64,000 nt of DNA from the sequence record MN648445, one strand, 5' to 3'. Below, in pieces: positions 28,820 through 38,966 of the stretch (within the stretch, counting starts at the first letter, position 1; each line of letters begins with the position of its first letter). The notes below the pieces were generated by a model. It had not been told where the DNA came from. It did not search any database and saw only the letters and a list, made by a program, of their open reading frames with translations. This DNA is from Escherichia phage FP43. The position numbers and the translations under genes are program-made.

Positions 28820-28842
28820 GGGAGACAACGTCTCCCTTTTTT
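28820..28842 (+). terminator. Rho-independent terminator (convergent junction with gene 54)
   Basis: GGGAGAC-AAC-GTCTCCC followed by TTTTTT. Confidence 0.75.
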
Positions 28843-28843
28843 C

Positions 28844-29806
28844 TTATAGACCTAAAACTCTTGAGGTAGAATTCACCATACCTGTCATTGTGTTTATATT
28901 AGACACACCTCCAGCGGTCCCACCTAATCTAGAAAGTCTTGATACTGCACTTCCTAGCCCAGAATCATTTTGATTATTCCCAAACATTCCTGAAACGCTA
29001 CTAATAAGTCCTGATTCCAGCCATTCTAAAGCAGCCTGTCTATTTACAGCACCTGATTGCATAACGCGATAAGCAAATGTTACATCAAAAACTGTTATCT
29101 GATTATCACCATCATACGTTAACTCAGGAGAAGAGACACTAACAGGAATACATCCAGTGAACATGACAGCGGTATGTGGTAAACCATTTCGCGCATGTAA
29201 ATTAACCTGAATATCTGCTTCGACGTCTTGTGGTAAAGCGCGAAGACCTGTTACAGGGTCTTGGACCGAGTTTACCCAGTCTTGCATTGCTCTAAAGTTA
29301 GATGCTTCGGAATCCATTCTAAAGCTTATTACTAATGGGTCCATTTCTCTGCCGGTAATTCGGATGTTCGGGGAGTTATAGTTGAAATCCGTTTCATAAG
29401 ATAATCGGTTCTCAGGCATTTTTACAGAATAAATCATTAAACCTGTATTATTATACGCCATATTGAAGAAGTCTATCAGATAAGATCCTACCGTGAACTC
29501 ACCTAACAAGCTTTGTACCGTACGTTGGCTCATTGCTCCAATCAGATATTTACTTATACCTGATTTTCGAATTAATTTCTGTGTTCCTGCTGTAATCAGG
29601 GTTGTTACGCCCTGATTGATATCACCTTGAGTTAATCCTAACCAATCAGAATCCAACCCTAAGTTATTATAAGCAAAACTACCAATTGACGAAATTAGTG
29701 AAGATGATTTGGTCGATGGCGTAGTAGCAAATACACAACTAAACATATTGTTTCGTTGGAAATCTGCATTTATAGCTTGGTTATTAAATTCTTCTAAAGA
29801 GTACAT
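28844..29806 (-). CDS. 54: Baseplate tail tube initiator gp54
   Basis: 320-aa ORF, same length as T4 gp54; synteny 54-48-29. Confidence 0.85.
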   Translation of the reverse strand: MYSLEEFNNQAINADFQRNNMFSCVFATTPSTKSSSLISSIGSFAYNNLGLDSDWLGLTQGDINQGVTTLITAGTQKLIRKSGISKYLIGAMSQRTVQSLLGEFTVGSYLIDFFNMAYNNTGLMIYSVKMPENRLSYETDFNYNSPNIRITGREMDPLVISFRMDSEASNFRAMQDWVNSVQDPVTGLRALPQDVEADIQVNLHARNGLPHTAVMFTGCIPVSVSSPELTYDGDNQITVFDVTFAYRVMQSGAVNRQAALEWLESGLISSVSGMFGNNQNDSGLGSAVSRLSRLGGTAGGVSNINTMTGMVNSTSRVLGL

Positions 29807-30915
29807 TAGAAAGTCCCCGCATAAAGTGAAGAACGGTTTAATGTAATAATTTCTCGCATTGTTATCTCTAACGTAAATGTTGACGGTAAGTTAGGAGCAA
29901 CAGCGAGACCATTAAATTGTCCATTTGGAGTTTTATCAAAACGTACACTTTGAATTTGACATGGGCCAAATACATCAGTTAACCCGTCAAATTTAGATGT
30001 ATAACCAAAGTTTTTAACCATCCAAATTGTAGGGTTGCTTACAACTAATACATTTGTTAATGACGCAGTAATCTTTTCAAACAATGTCTTATTTTTTACT
30101 GCATCATCTGGCGTCATAGGCTCAATAAACGTTGAACGGTACCATTCGTCTAAATAACTTTTAATCTCTTGGGCGTACTGTGATTTACCGGTCTCACCAT
30201 ATGAGAAATAGTTAAAATACTGGTAAATGTTTATAATAGCCATAAGGTCTTCAGTTGAACGTGGAGTTAAATCCCATGTAAAGACTTTAGTACGGTTCTC
30301 AGCACCGCCATACATACTACGAGAAGTCGTATAAATCTGTTCGTTATTATCGGCCATAAGCCCTTGAGTAATAGAATCTAATGCACCAAAGACTGCAGTG
30401 GAAGCAATGTTACTTAAAACACCTGTAGCAGTACCTCCACCTTTAGTAATAAGGCTATCACCGATATCATTAAAACGATGCGAAGTTGTATCAACGTCAG
30501 ATTTGGAACGTGGCAAAAGTATATTAGCAACAGGAGTTTTATTTATAGTAGACTTATTAGCTCCGGCAGGAAGCAATCCATTTGAGAATTTAGTCACTGC
30601 ATCTTTCACGTTATCAGTTAAATCTGATATGATACCATTAGATGAAGTCCCGGCGTATGCCGGACGTAAATTCCTGAGGGATCCTGAATCGCGTGCAGAC
30701 ATATTGTACGCGGTAAATAATAATCCATTCTTATAAAGGTCTGTTACCTGGAAGTCTCCTGTGGAGTCATTTCCGGCTGCTCTTCCTGTAGGAAATTGAG
30801 CAACATAAGTTTTAGTAGTTGTTTCGGTTTTAGTGCTTTGCCCAGCACTTTCTGAGACTGGGATTGCTTTATTTAAATCCTTTGCATCTACTACTATTTC
30901 TTTTACACTAATCAT
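29806..30915 (-). CDS. 48: Baseplate tail tube cap gp48
   Basis: 369-aa ORF (T4 gp48 364 aa); synteny. Confidence 0.85.
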   Translation of the reverse strand: MISVKEIVVDAKDLNKAIPVSESAGQSTKTETTTKTYVAQFPTGRAAGNDSTGDFQVTDLYKNGLLFTAYNMSARDSGSLRNLRPAYAGTSSNGIISDLTDNVKDAVTKFSNGLLPAGANKSTINKTPVANILLPRSKSDVDTTSHRFNDIGDSLITKGGGTATGVLSNIASTAVFGALDSITQGLMADNNEQIYTTSRSMYGGAENRTKVFTWDLTPRSTEDLMAIINIYQYFNYFSYGETGKSQYAQEIKSYLDEWYRSTFIEPMTPDDAVKNKTLFEKITASLTNVLVVSNPTIWMVKNFGYTSKFDGLTDVFGPCQIQSVRFDKTPNGQFNGLAVAPNLPSTFTLEITMREIITLNRSSLYAGTF

Positions 30916-30923
30916 AATAATCC

Positions 30924-32696
30924 TTAATTAACACCGGTGGCATGGAAAATTCCAGGAGCCGTTGTACTTGTTACAGGGGTCATATTCTGGACTACGGTAT
31001 TCTTTTTGACGACATTATTTGTGTTACTAATCGCCGCTACCGGTTGCTGTTGTTTAGATTCAGAAGCACGTCCTTTCTCTATTGACTGAACTTGTTTTGC
31101 TTCCGGAGATTTAGTCGAAGATTCAGGCTTAACTGTTGTCTGAGCCTTTTTGGCTTCAGCCATTTTATTATTTAGCTTTTCAAATCTAGCATCTATTTCC
31201 TTTTTAACAACAGGAGTTTTATTAAGTTCAGGGTCTTTAATAAGTTTACTTAAATCAGCATAAGACTTCTCGACGTTTTTAGCATTTTCCGGATTAGTCA
31301 TATCGATTTTATCGATATAATCCTCAAATCTAACCAGTGCAGCACGAGTTTCATTCGCTTTTATATACGCCTCTTTACGTTCCTCTTCAGGTAACTCTTT
31401 TAATTTTGCTGATTCCGCAGCGCGCTCATCACTTGTACTAAACTCTTCTTTATTGTCGTTACCACGAACCCAGTTAGTAACGAATGTTTTGCCGCGTTGT
31501 AACATATCAAGACCTTTAGAAACGGTTCCTAATTCCCCGTCGTCACGCTTCATTTGATATTTAGCGACTTTCTCTTGGTCTTCTTTCTTTAATTTGTTCC
31601 CAGTAGTTTCTTGGAATCCTTCTAAAGCACGTCCTTCTATTTCGTCTGCGGTATCACCAAAACCTATAGCACGCAATATAGACGCGGAGAGTTTAGCCAT
31701 TCCTAATTGAATTAGTTCACCTAAGTTCATTAATGCTGTTCCTACACCTTTGACAATAGCAACGGTTAAACCACCCCAGTCTCCGGCTTCCCACAATTGT
31801 TTTATCGAGTCAATAGAAGTGAATATATCGCTTAAGAATTTACCCCACTCTTTAGCTTCATCGGAGAATTTAGTAAAGTTTTCATCAAATAAATCCCAGG
31901 CAGAAGTGAACTTGTCAGTCCAATATTTGAAATGGACTATCAATAAATCAATACCGATAACAATACCAAGAATAAGCGCGGCCATTTTTGCTGCTTCAAT
32001 AGCGGCCGTTATAGTGTATTTGAAAAGCATTCCAGCAATTCTGTCTGAAATTGATATTGATTTATTAAACCCGGTTTGAACTGTTTTGGTGAGCATTGCG
32101 ATTTTATCGCTCAATTTAAAGCTAATTCCGCCTTTAGAATCGGAAGTAGAATTAGCACTTTCTTGAACCGGGGTTGGGAAGAAATCTTCGTCTGGCTTAT
32201 TATCAATCTTTTCAGGTGTAGGTAATGCTTTAAACAACTCATCAGAAGTTTCATTCTCAACCACTTTAACAGGTATTGCGTTCTCAATTACTTCAAGAGA
32301 GGTGCCTCCTGTATTTTGAATAGCGGTAGATGCTTGTAATTTTTGCTCTAACAATGTAGCTAATCGGTCTAACTTAGAGCTTATTGCACTAGAAACTTCG
32401 TTTATACTTTTAGTGACTTCAGTTTGTTTTTCAATAACTTCTGCGATAAGCTCTGTGCCTTCAGCAGTATTATCTGTCGAATTCTTTAAGTCTCCAATTG
32501 ATTCAATAATTCCATTGCCTTTATCTTCTACACTTTGTGATGTGAGTTCAGACGCGGCTTGGACATCGTCTAGTTTTGATGAAATGTCATTCAATGCTTC
32601 TAATGAATCGGTAGCTGCTGTTGCAGCTACTTTTTGTGGTTTATTATCGGCAATGACCTTATTTCTACGCATGGATTTCATTTCTTCAGGTTTCAT
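30924..32696 (-). CDS. 29: Tail length tape-measure / baseplate hub protein gp29
   Basis: 590-aa ORF, same length as T4 gp29. Confidence 0.85.
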   Translation of the reverse strand: MKPEEMKSMRRNKVIADNKPQKVAATAATDSLEALNDISSKLDDVQAASELTSQSVEDKGNGIIESIGDLKNSTDNTAEGTELIAEVIEKQTEVTKSINEVSSAISSKLDRLATLLEQKLQASTAIQNTGGTSLEVIENAIPVKVVENETSDELFKALPTPEKIDNKPDEDFFPTPVQESANSTSDSKGGISFKLSDKIAMLTKTVQTGFNKSISISDRIAGMLFKYTITAAIEAAKMAALILGIVIGIDLLIVHFKYWTDKFTSAWDLFDENFTKFSDEAKEWGKFLSDIFTSIDSIKQLWEAGDWGGLTVAIVKGVGTALMNLGELIQLGMAKLSASILRAIGFGDTADEIEGRALEGFQETTGNKLKKEDQEKVAKYQMKRDDGELGTVSKGLDMLQRGKTFVTNWVRGNDNKEEFSTSDERAAESAKLKELPEEERKEAYIKANETRAALVRFEDYIDKIDMTNPENAKNVEKSYADLSKLIKDPELNKTPVVKKEIDARFEKLNNKMAEAKKAQTTVKPESSTKSPEAKQVQSIEKGRASESKQQQPVAAISNTNNVVKKNTVVQNMTPVTSTTAPGIFHATGVN

Positions 32697-33226
32697 TCAA
32701 GCAATCCAATAATTTCTGCTATACCCTTAATAGGGCCATTAGGGCCTGGAATAGCAATGGTTGTCGAAAGGTCTTCTGCCCATTTGATTACAAAAGCAGG
32801 CATCTCAAGGAAAGAAATTTCTTTCTCTTCGTCATTAACTTTTATTAAGCAATTTGATAGCATTTCACTGATTGTAGCGAATTGTTCAAATTTGCCTGGG
32901 GGTCTAAAATAAAAAGTATTACCTTGAAATTGGAATTCTGTTCGTTGGCATACATAGACGTCATCTAGTTTATAAGTGAATCCATCTTTTTCAACTTCAG
33001 ACTTAAGTTTGTTATTAAATTCCAATATGTGTAGACATGCAAAATCAAAATCTGCCGGACTCATATTTTTACAAATAGAATCAGCTAAGATTTTCATGTT
33101 TTCGTCAGGACCTTTAACGTCCTTTAAAAGATTATAATGTTTGAGCCCCAATTTGGGAATCATTACCTTTTTATTAGACTGTGGTAGAATTATTTTCTTT
33201 AGAGGTAGAATCAGATTTAAGTTCAT
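32693..33226 (-). CDS. 28: Baseplate hub distal subunit gp28
   Basis: 177-aa ORF as in T4; 5' end overlaps gp27 3' end by ~50 nt so the true start may be an internal ATG. Confidence 0.75.
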   Translation of the reverse strand: MNLNLILPLKKIILPQSNKKVMIPKLGLKHYNLLKDVKGPDENMKILADSICKNMSPADFDFACLHILEFNNKLKSEVEKDGFTYKLDDVYVCQRTEFQFQGNTFYFRPPGKFEQFATISEMLSNCLIKVNDEEKEISFLEMPAFVIKWAEDLSTTIAIPGPNGPIKGIAEIIGLLE

Positions 33227-34346
33227 TTTTAACCTTAACTGGGTTAACAGGTTCTAACACCATTGAGTTGGTAAACATGTACAGATGAGTTTGTGAGTTG
33301 TTATTTGATAACTCATGAATAACTTCATCCACGTAAAATTCGGATTTGAATTGGTTCTTTTGGTCAACAAATATAATTTTAGTAGCAGGCGTTATGTTAA
33401 AATTGCCTGTAGTAGTGCATTTAGCATAACCGTCGTATTGAGCCATTGTCTGAAGACGACTTGCTTCTTCAAATCCATTACGATAGGTCATTTCAGAATA
33501 TCCACCAGATCTTGACACAAGAATAGCATTATCACCATCACCTGTAACAATAACCGGAATAGATGTATCTAAAAATGAATGGGCGAATATTGTGGCGTTT
33601 TTAATAGGGTCTCTTGTAAATTGGTTGGCTTTAGTCATCCAGGTGAAATCCCATACTAATGGATACTCAAGCTCTTGAATATACTGACCTACGGTATTTG
33701 GCTCACCTACAATCATCTTAATGCCTTCCTGACCAATAAGAGTATCATAGTCAATCATGTTTACGCCTAAAATATCTTGCCATACGAATACGAACTTATC
33801 ACTCGCTGTAGCAAGTCCTAATTCTCTGACATATGCCAAATAATCATCAAATGTGCTTGTCCAAGGAATATCAGGAACATAAGCATTAATAGTGTTTATT
33901 GGCGGAGTAATTAACGTACGGTCTTTGTATATGACACCTAGCATTTCACGTATAGATTCGCCTGCGTCTGGGAAGAATGGTCGCCCAAATTTAAGGTTCT
34001 CTATAGAATGTATTGTTCCAAGCTCAATTGCAATAATATTGTCACCTTTTGAGTCCACAGACACAGAATAATGTCTACATCCGTAAATTCGAGTTCTAAC
34101 TTGGAGAGGTGTGTTTGAATTTGAAACAGAGATTTGGACTATCTGTCTACCATCCATTTTAGTGTGGATGTTTTTAGTGTCATAAAATTGAAGAATCCCT
34201 TCATTTCTTCCATATAGTGAATCTCGCATGGTTAAAGTTGTTATTGTTGCTGCGAGTTCAACGTATCTATTTTCTTGCCAAGCCGAATAATCTTGGTATA
34301 ATTTAACGCTTAAGTTAGGATATCCTGGACGTTGGAATACTGTCAT
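33174..34346 (-). CDS. 27: Baseplate hub subunit gp27
   Basis: 390-aa ORF (T4 gp27 391 aa). Confidence 0.85.
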   Translation of the reverse strand: MTVFQRPGYPNLSVKLYQDYSAWQENRYVELAATITTLTMRDSLYGRNEGILQFYDTKNIHTKMDGRQIVQISVSNSNTPLQVRTRIYGCRHYSVSVDSKGDNIIAIELGTIHSIENLKFGRPFFPDAGESIREMLGVIYKDRTLITPPINTINAYVPDIPWTSTFDDYLAYVRELGLATASDKFVFVWQDILGVNMIDYDTLIGQEGIKMIVGEPNTVGQYIQELEYPLVWDFTWMTKANQFTRDPIKNATIFAHSFLDTSIPVIVTGDGDNAILVSRSGGYSEMTYRNGFEEASRLQTMAQYDGYAKCTTTGNFNITPATKIIFVDQKNQFKSEFYVDEVIHELSNNNSQTHLYMFTNSMVLEPVNPVKVKNELKSDSTSKENNSTTV

Positions 34347-35095
34347 TTTTTATGGTCCTTTTCTACTAATGTTAAAGCAATACCACGTTCAACAGGAATC
34401 ATTTGCATAATAGAATCCAATGTGTATTGACTCTTTACTAGTGAATGGTTTATCTGATAGAATGTAAAAATCTCATCAGGGTTAACTAACAATTTAAAAA
34501 CCTCTAAGATATCAGTATATGTTTTAACATGGCGTTCACAACAACCTAATCTAAGGGTCAAATTAATAGGGTTCATAGAAGCAATAACCTTCTCGAGAGA
34601 GTCAATGTCTATTGCTTCTATTACTTGGATTTGGTTCTCTTCAGTCAAATCATTCCATGGGTACCATTCATCATTATAATATATTTCTTTTATGTTTTCA
34701 CTTATCATTAATGCTTTATTGTCATAAAACTTTTCAGGGAAAGAAAAACGTATTTTTATACCAGCAACATCAAGTTCAGGTTCGACTAGTTCTTTTTGAT
34801 ATATCTCAAATGGTGCAGTTTTTTCTTTAGAGCATTTAGGGCAAGTGAAAATAACGGGAACTTTTGTTTTGCCTATAGATCCTGCAAAAACTTGCAGGAA
34901 TATAAATGGTTGCCATGTTTTAGGGTACTCGCCAAAATAATCATCAATCAGATCGGCAATTATTTCTTTTTGTTCTTGCGGCGAACGATGTTCGATATCA
35001 TTTCTAACTAGTAAAAAGTCTCTATAATCCGCCACAGTGAACGGCTTAAAACGATGAACACCATCCGGTAATTTACAACGAATTATATTAGCCAT
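34343..35095 (-). CDS. 51: Baseplate hub assembly catalyst gp51
   Basis: 250-aa ORF (T4 249 aa); divergent from gene 26. Confidence 0.8.
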   Translation of the reverse strand: MANIIRCKLPDGVHRFKPFTVADYRDFLLVRNDIEHRSPQEQKEIIADLIDDYFGEYPKTWQPFIFLQVFAGSIGKTKVPVIFTCPKCSKEKTAPFEIYQKELVEPELDVAGIKIRFSFPEKFYDNKALMISENIKEIYYNDEWYPWNDLTEENQIQVIEAIDIDSLEKVIASMNPINLTLRLGCCERHVKTYTDILEVFKLLVNPDEIFTFYQINHSLVKSQYTLDSIMQMIPVERGIALTLVEKDHKK

Positions 35096-35112
35096 AATTA
35101 CTCCTTTTCTAT

Positions 35113-35120
35113 TATTTATA
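35113..35120 (-). promoter_or_regulatory. Late promoter (TATAAATA) for gene 51
   Basis: Exact TATAAATA on minus strand 17 nt upstream of gene 51 ATG, followed by AAGGAG RBS. Confidence 0.65.
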
Positions 35121-35124
35121 AATA
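35117..35124 (+). promoter_or_regulatory. Late promoter (TATAAATA) for gene 26
   Basis: Exact TATAAATA on plus strand 18 nt upstream of gene 26 ATG, AAGGAG RBS; overlaps the gene 51 late promoter in the palindrome TATTTATAAATA. Confidence 0.65.
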
Positions 35125-35142
35125 CACAATAAAGGAGTTAAC

Positions 35143-35769
35143 ATGTACAAATATACGTTTACCGTACGTTTAGGTGATAAAGAAGTGAATTGTAGGGCCT
35201 TTACTTTAAAAGAATATTTAGGGCTCATAGGTGCTCGGGCTACTGGTACTATTGAATCAGCAGTGAACAATATTATCACTAATTGCTCTAACGCTAAAAA
35301 CTTGACTAAACAAGAAGCCGAGTTATTGTTGGTAAATCTGTGGGCACATTCATTAGGTGAAGTGAATCAAGAACACACCTGGAATTGTTCCTGTGGGCAT
35401 TCATTTCAAGTCTATATGAATTTATTGCACACTCAATTAGATGAACAGGCCGATCCCTGGTATTCGTTCAGCGGTATTAAAATTAAGTTCCGTCAACCTA
35501 AATTATTTGATGATAAAAATATCGCATTAATGATTGCTTCATGTATTGAGGCCGTTTTTGTCAATGGAGAGTCCATCCCTGTTGAAGATTTAACTGAAGC
35601 AGAAATAAACGACCTTTATGGCCTTATAACGGAAGATGACATGATCAATATTAAAAATCTTTTAGTATCACCATCAATTTATCTAGCAACCCCTATTAAA
35701 TGTCCCAAATGTGGGGCGTCACACGTTCACACAATACGAGGCCTCAAAGAATTCTTTGAGTTACTATAA
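35143..35769 (+). CDS. 26: Baseplate hub subunit gp26
   Basis: 208-aa ORF, same length as T4 gp26. Confidence 0.8.
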   Translation: MYKYTFTVRLGDKEVNCRAFTLKEYLGLIGARATGTIESAVNNIITNCSNAKNLTKQEAELLLVNLWAHSLGEVNQEHTWNCSCGHSFQVYMNLLHTQLDEQADPWYSFSGIKIKFRQPKLFDDKNIALMIASCIEAVFVNGESIPVEDLTEAEINDLYGLITEDDMINIKNLLVSPSIYLATPIKCPKCGASHVHTIRGLKEFFELL

Positions 35770-36167
35770 TGTCTAATATCAATAAACTTTATTCAGATAT
35801 CGACCCAGAAATGCGTATGGATTGGAACAAGGACGTTGCTCGTTCTGTAGGACTTCGTTCTATTAAAAATAGTCTTCTTGGCATAGTGACAACTAGAAAA
35901 GGCTCACGCCCCTTCGACCCTGAATTTGGATGCGATTTGGTTGATGAACTTTTCGAGAACATGACACCACTTACAGCCGATACTATTGAGCGTAATATCC
36001 AGGCAGCTGTTCGTAACTATGAGCCACGCATCGACAAACTTTCTGTAAGTGTAACGCCAGTATATGATGACTATACAGTTATAGTAGAGATTAGATTTTC
36101 AGTCGTAGACAACCCTGATGATATCGAACAAATCAAACTTCAGTTAGCATCAAGCAATAGAGTGTAA
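35769..36167 (+). CDS. 25: Baseplate wedge subunit gp25
   Basis: 132-aa ORF MSNINKLYSDIDPEMRMDW, same length as T4 gp25. Confidence 0.85.
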   Translation: MSNINKLYSDIDPEMRMDWNKDVARSVGLRSIKNSLLGIVTTRKGSRPFDPEFGCDLVDELFENMTPLTADTIERNIQAAVRNYEPRIDKLSVSVTPVYDDYTVIVEIRFSVVDNPDDIEQIKLQLASSNRV

Positions 36168-36192
36168 TGCTTCAAGGCAACCTATGTATAAT
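36166..36192 (+). promoter_or_regulatory. Probable middle promoter (MotA box) for uvsY
   Basis: AATGCTTCA with TGCTT at 36168-36172, ~12-14-nt spacer, TATAAT 36187-36192. Confidence 0.5.
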
Positions 36193-36247
36193 GGTTTTAG
36201 GTCCTTCCGATACAGCCGGGAGATTATTAGTTAAAAGAGAGAACATT

Positions 36248-36661
36248 ATGAAGCTGGAAGATTTACAGGAAGAGTTAGACGCAGACTTAGCTATTGATAC
36301 GACAAAGTTGCAATATGAGACGGCGAATAATGTTAAGTTATACAGCAAATGGCTACGTAAGCACTCATTTATTCGTAAAGAAATGTTGCGTATAGAGACT
36401 CAGAAGAAAACTGCTCTAAAAGCAAGATTAGACTACTACTCGGGACGAGGTGATGGTGATGAATTCAGTATGGACCGATACGAAAAATCTGAAATGAAAA
36501 CTGTCCTGGCCGCAGATAAAGATGTGCTTAAAATAGAGACTACTTTACAATACTGGGGAATTTTACTTGAGTTCTGTAGTGGTGCACTTGACGCAGTTAA
36601 GTCTCGTAGTTTTGCACTTAAACATATCCAGGATATGCGAGAATTTGAAGCGGGGCAATAA
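36248..36661 (+). CDS. uvsY: Recombination mediator UvsY
   Basis: 137 aa from ATG 36248 (MKLEDLQEELDADLAIDTTKLQYETANNVKLYSKWL...); matches T4 UvsY by recall; track ORF from 36167 is an upstream extension. Confidence 0.9.
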   Translation: MKLEDLQEELDADLAIDTTKLQYETANNVKLYSKWLRKHSFIRKEMLRIETQKKTALKARLDYYSGRGDGDEFSMDRYEKSEMKTVLAADKDVLKIETTLQYWGILLEFCSGALDAVKSRSFALKHIQDMREFEAGQ

Positions 36662-36885
36662 TGCGTTATTCAATTGAAGATGCCTTTAATAATGATGAAG
36701 AATTTGAAACAGAAATTAAATTCTTAATGGAAAAGTATCGTCTACGACGTCAGGATATTCGTATCCTGGCAGACCACCCTTGTGGTGAAGACGTCCTTTA
36801 TATTAAAGGGAAGTTTGCTGGGTATATCGACGAGTATTTTTATACAAAAGATATGGGTATCGATATGTGCATGCGAGTGGTATAA
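36661..36885 (+). CDS. Hypothetical protein (uvsY-adjacent ORF)
   Basis: 74-aa ORF, ATGA-type overlap with uvsY stop. Confidence 0.5.
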   Translation: MRYSIEDAFNNDEEFETEIKFLMEKYRLRRQDIRILADHPCGEDVLYIKGKFAGYIDEYFYTKDMGIDMCMRVV

Positions 36886-36888
36886 ATA
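36881..36888 (+). promoter_or_regulatory. Late promoter (TATAAATA) upstream of small ORF 36918
   Basis: Exact TATAAATA 30 nt upstream of ATG, followed by AGGAGG RBS. Confidence 0.55.
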
Positions 36889-36917
36889 GATATGTAATTT
36901 CAACTTAGGAGGCAATC

Positions 36918-37085
36918 ATGTCAGATAAGATTTGTGTTGTCTGTAAAACTCCAATCGATTCTGCATTGGTTGTTGAAACAGACAAAGGTCCAGCACATCC
37001 TGGTCCTTGTTATAATTATGTCCAACAATTGCCGGTTTCAGAAAGTTCAGAAGAGCAATTGAACGAAACCCAACTTTTACTATAG
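36918..37085 (+). CDS. Small Cys-containing protein (55 aa), unannotated in the ORF track
   Basis: ATG 36918 with AGGAGG RBS; MSDKICVVCKTPIDS...HPGPCYNY; ends just before a bidirectional terminator; preferred over the overlapping minus-strand track ORF 36916..37122. Confidence 0.5.
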   Translation: MSDKICVVCKTPIDSALVVETDKGPAHPGPCYNYVQQLPVSESSEEQLNETQLLL

Positions 37086-37099
37086 TGTTACCTTTTTTG

Positions 37100-37142
37100 C
37101 CTATGGTTTTTGGCCCTTCCAAAAAGGTCGGGCCTTTTTTAA
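37100..37142. terminator. Bidirectional terminator region between convergent transcripts
   Basis: GC-rich inverted repeat GGCCC...GGGCC flanked by T-runs on both strands. Confidence 0.45.
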
Positions 37143-37376
37143 TTAGAAGTCTTCTTCCTCATCCTCATCATCGTCGCCTTCAAGTTCGGCACGCTTACCT
37201 GCTAAGGCATCCCTGACAGAAATATCATCTGTATCTTTTAATTCCGTTTCTTTTATACGTTTCTTATAATAAGCTTCCAATTCTTCAAGCCCTTCTAAGG
37301 TATGACAACTAGCAATTTTACCCATGAATTCGTCAATAGATGCTTCGTATAAAAATTGTTTAAATTCAAGTACCAT
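37143..37376 (-). CDS. uvsW.1: UvsW.1-like small acidic protein
   Basis: 77-aa ORF with acidic C-terminus immediately downstream of uvsW, as T4 uvsW.1 (76 aa). Confidence 0.6.
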   Translation of the reverse strand: MVLEFKQFLYEASIDEFMGKIASCHTLEGLEELEAYYKKRIKETELKDTDDISVRDALAGKRAELEGDDDEDEEEDF

Positions 37377-37387
37377 TTTTATCTCCT

Positions 37388-37403
37388 AAGGGCCGAAGCC
37401 CTT
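37388..37403 (-). other. Hairpin between uvsW and uvsW.1 overlapping the uvsW stop codon
   Basis: AAGGGC-CGAA-GCCCTT. Confidence 0.35.
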
Positions 37404-38916
37404 ATAAATTAATTGTTTTCATTACATAGTTAAATTTCTCATCAGCGTAACGCTGGATACGATCAATACCGTGTTTTAACAAGTAATTAAGATGAGTATA
37501 CTTCTTTTTAGTATTTAATGATTTAGGTTTTACACCTGCGTCATCGATGAGATCCCAAACTGTAGCAACGGCTTTAGAACCATGCTTACGAAGCACACGA
37601 CCTACTGTTTGAAGTACGATAATTTTTGATTTAACACCATGGGCAAAAATAACATGATGAAGATTCTTGACTGAAATACCAGTAGAGAATACTCCATATG
37701 ATGCGACAATAATAATGCCTTTACCATTTTCTGCCATGACTTTAAGCGCGTTACGTGTTTCGGTATCAACTTCACCTGATACGTAATAAACTTTTTCGTA
37801 TCCAAGCTCTTTAATAGCTTCAAATATTTCTTTACCATGTGTAACATGTTTAAACATTACAAAGGCGTTCTCGTCTTTCTTAGCCAATTTGACTGAAAGT
37901 TGAGCAATCCACTTTGTACGACGTTTTAGTCCGGTAATAATTTTAACTTCTTCTTGGTATGTTTTACCTTTTAATTTAACAGTGAATTCGTCCGGATAAC
38001 GAAGGAAAATACTATTAATCTTAAGCTCAGTTACTTGACCGTCTTCCGTTAATTTAGACGTGCTAACAGGACGGAAGATTTCGCCGAACATACCTACGTA
38101 CTGCATTACATTGGCTTTTCCGTCTCTTAATGAGCCGGATAAACCGAATTTAAACATGCAATTATTTAATCCTGAGATGATTGAAGAAATACTTTTGCCT
38201 GTTGCTAAGTGGCATTCATCGTTCATCATCATACCGAACTGAGAGAACCATTCTTTAGGCTGCTTAACTACCGTTTGCCATGTGCCAACAATAATTAGAG
38301 CGTCGTTTTTAGATTTGTCAGCTTTATCAGCACCACCACCAATTTTCTTAATCATCGAATGACTAAACAAGCGATAATCAACAAAATCATTAGCCATCTG
38401 GGTTGTCAATGCTGTTGTAGGGACGATAATGAGAATTTTACCTTCATAGTTCTCTAAATAATACCGAGCTAAAAGTGCTTGGATTAGTGATTTACCTGCT
38501 GATGTCGGAAGGTTTAAAATTCGACGACGATTAACTAGACCTTCATATACTGCATCTTTTTGATACCAATGTGGTTCGATTTTGGCGTTGCCTGAATAAA
38601 TTTCTTGTTTAGAAAGCCATGCGTCAAAATCTTCCCTGGTAAGGTCTTCAGTCTCAAAGATTTTAGGGTCAATCCATACAGAATAACTCATATTGTTACA
38701 GAACTTTTTTATTTGTCCTACAAGTCCATACGGTAACAAACGATTGTAATCTAAAAGTCGAATTCTACCATCCCATTGCCCATAGCGATATTTTGGGTTA
38801 AATTTATACCCGTCAGCTTCAAAGCTAAAAAAGTCACGAAGTTCGTAAAACGTACTTTCGTCGCATTCAATGCGAACGTGACTAAAATCATGAAAATGTA
38901 CTTTAATGTCAGTCAT
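37402..38916 (-). CDS. uvsW: RNA-DNA / DNA-DNA helicase UvsW
   Basis: 504-aa ORF with helicase motifs NLPTSAGKS (Walker A) and DECH; MTDIKVHFHDFSHVRIECDESTFYELRDFFSF matches T4 UvsW by recall. Confidence 0.95.
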   Translation of the reverse strand: MTDIKVHFHDFSHVRIECDESTFYELRDFFSFEADGYKFNPKYRYGQWDGRIRLLDYNRLLPYGLVGQIKKFCNNMSYSVWIDPKIFETEDLTREDFDAWLSKQEIYSGNAKIEPHWYQKDAVYEGLVNRRRILNLPTSAGKSLIQALLARYYLENYEGKILIIVPTTALTTQMANDFVDYRLFSHSMIKKIGGGADKADKSKNDALIIVGTWQTVVKQPKEWFSQFGMMMNDECHLATGKSISSIISGLNNCMFKFGLSGSLRDGKANVMQYVGMFGEIFRPVSTSKLTEDGQVTELKINSIFLRYPDEFTVKLKGKTYQEEVKIITGLKRRTKWIAQLSVKLAKKDENAFVMFKHVTHGKEIFEAIKELGYEKVYYVSGEVDTETRNALKVMAENGKGIIIVASYGVFSTGISVKNLHHVIFAHGVKSKIIVLQTVGRVLRKHGSKAVATVWDLIDDAGVKPKSLNTKKKYTHLNYLLKHGIDRIQRYADEKFNYVMKTINL

Positions 38917-38945
38917 GTCAAATTACCATGTAATAAATATAGTTA

Positions 38946-38953
38946 TATTTATA
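38946..38953 (-). promoter_or_regulatory. Late promoter (TATAAATA) for uvsW
   Basis: Exact TATAAATA on minus strand 29 nt upstream of uvsW ATG. Confidence 0.45.
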
Positions 38954-38966
38954 ATGAGGAAATACT

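Noticed and set aside
36916-37122. 68-aa minus-strand ORF in the uvsY-uvsW.1 gap
   Set aside because: The plus-strand 55-aa ORF at 36918..37085 has a consensus late promoter and AGGAGG RBS; the minus-strand ORF runs through the bidirectional terminator and lacks signals.
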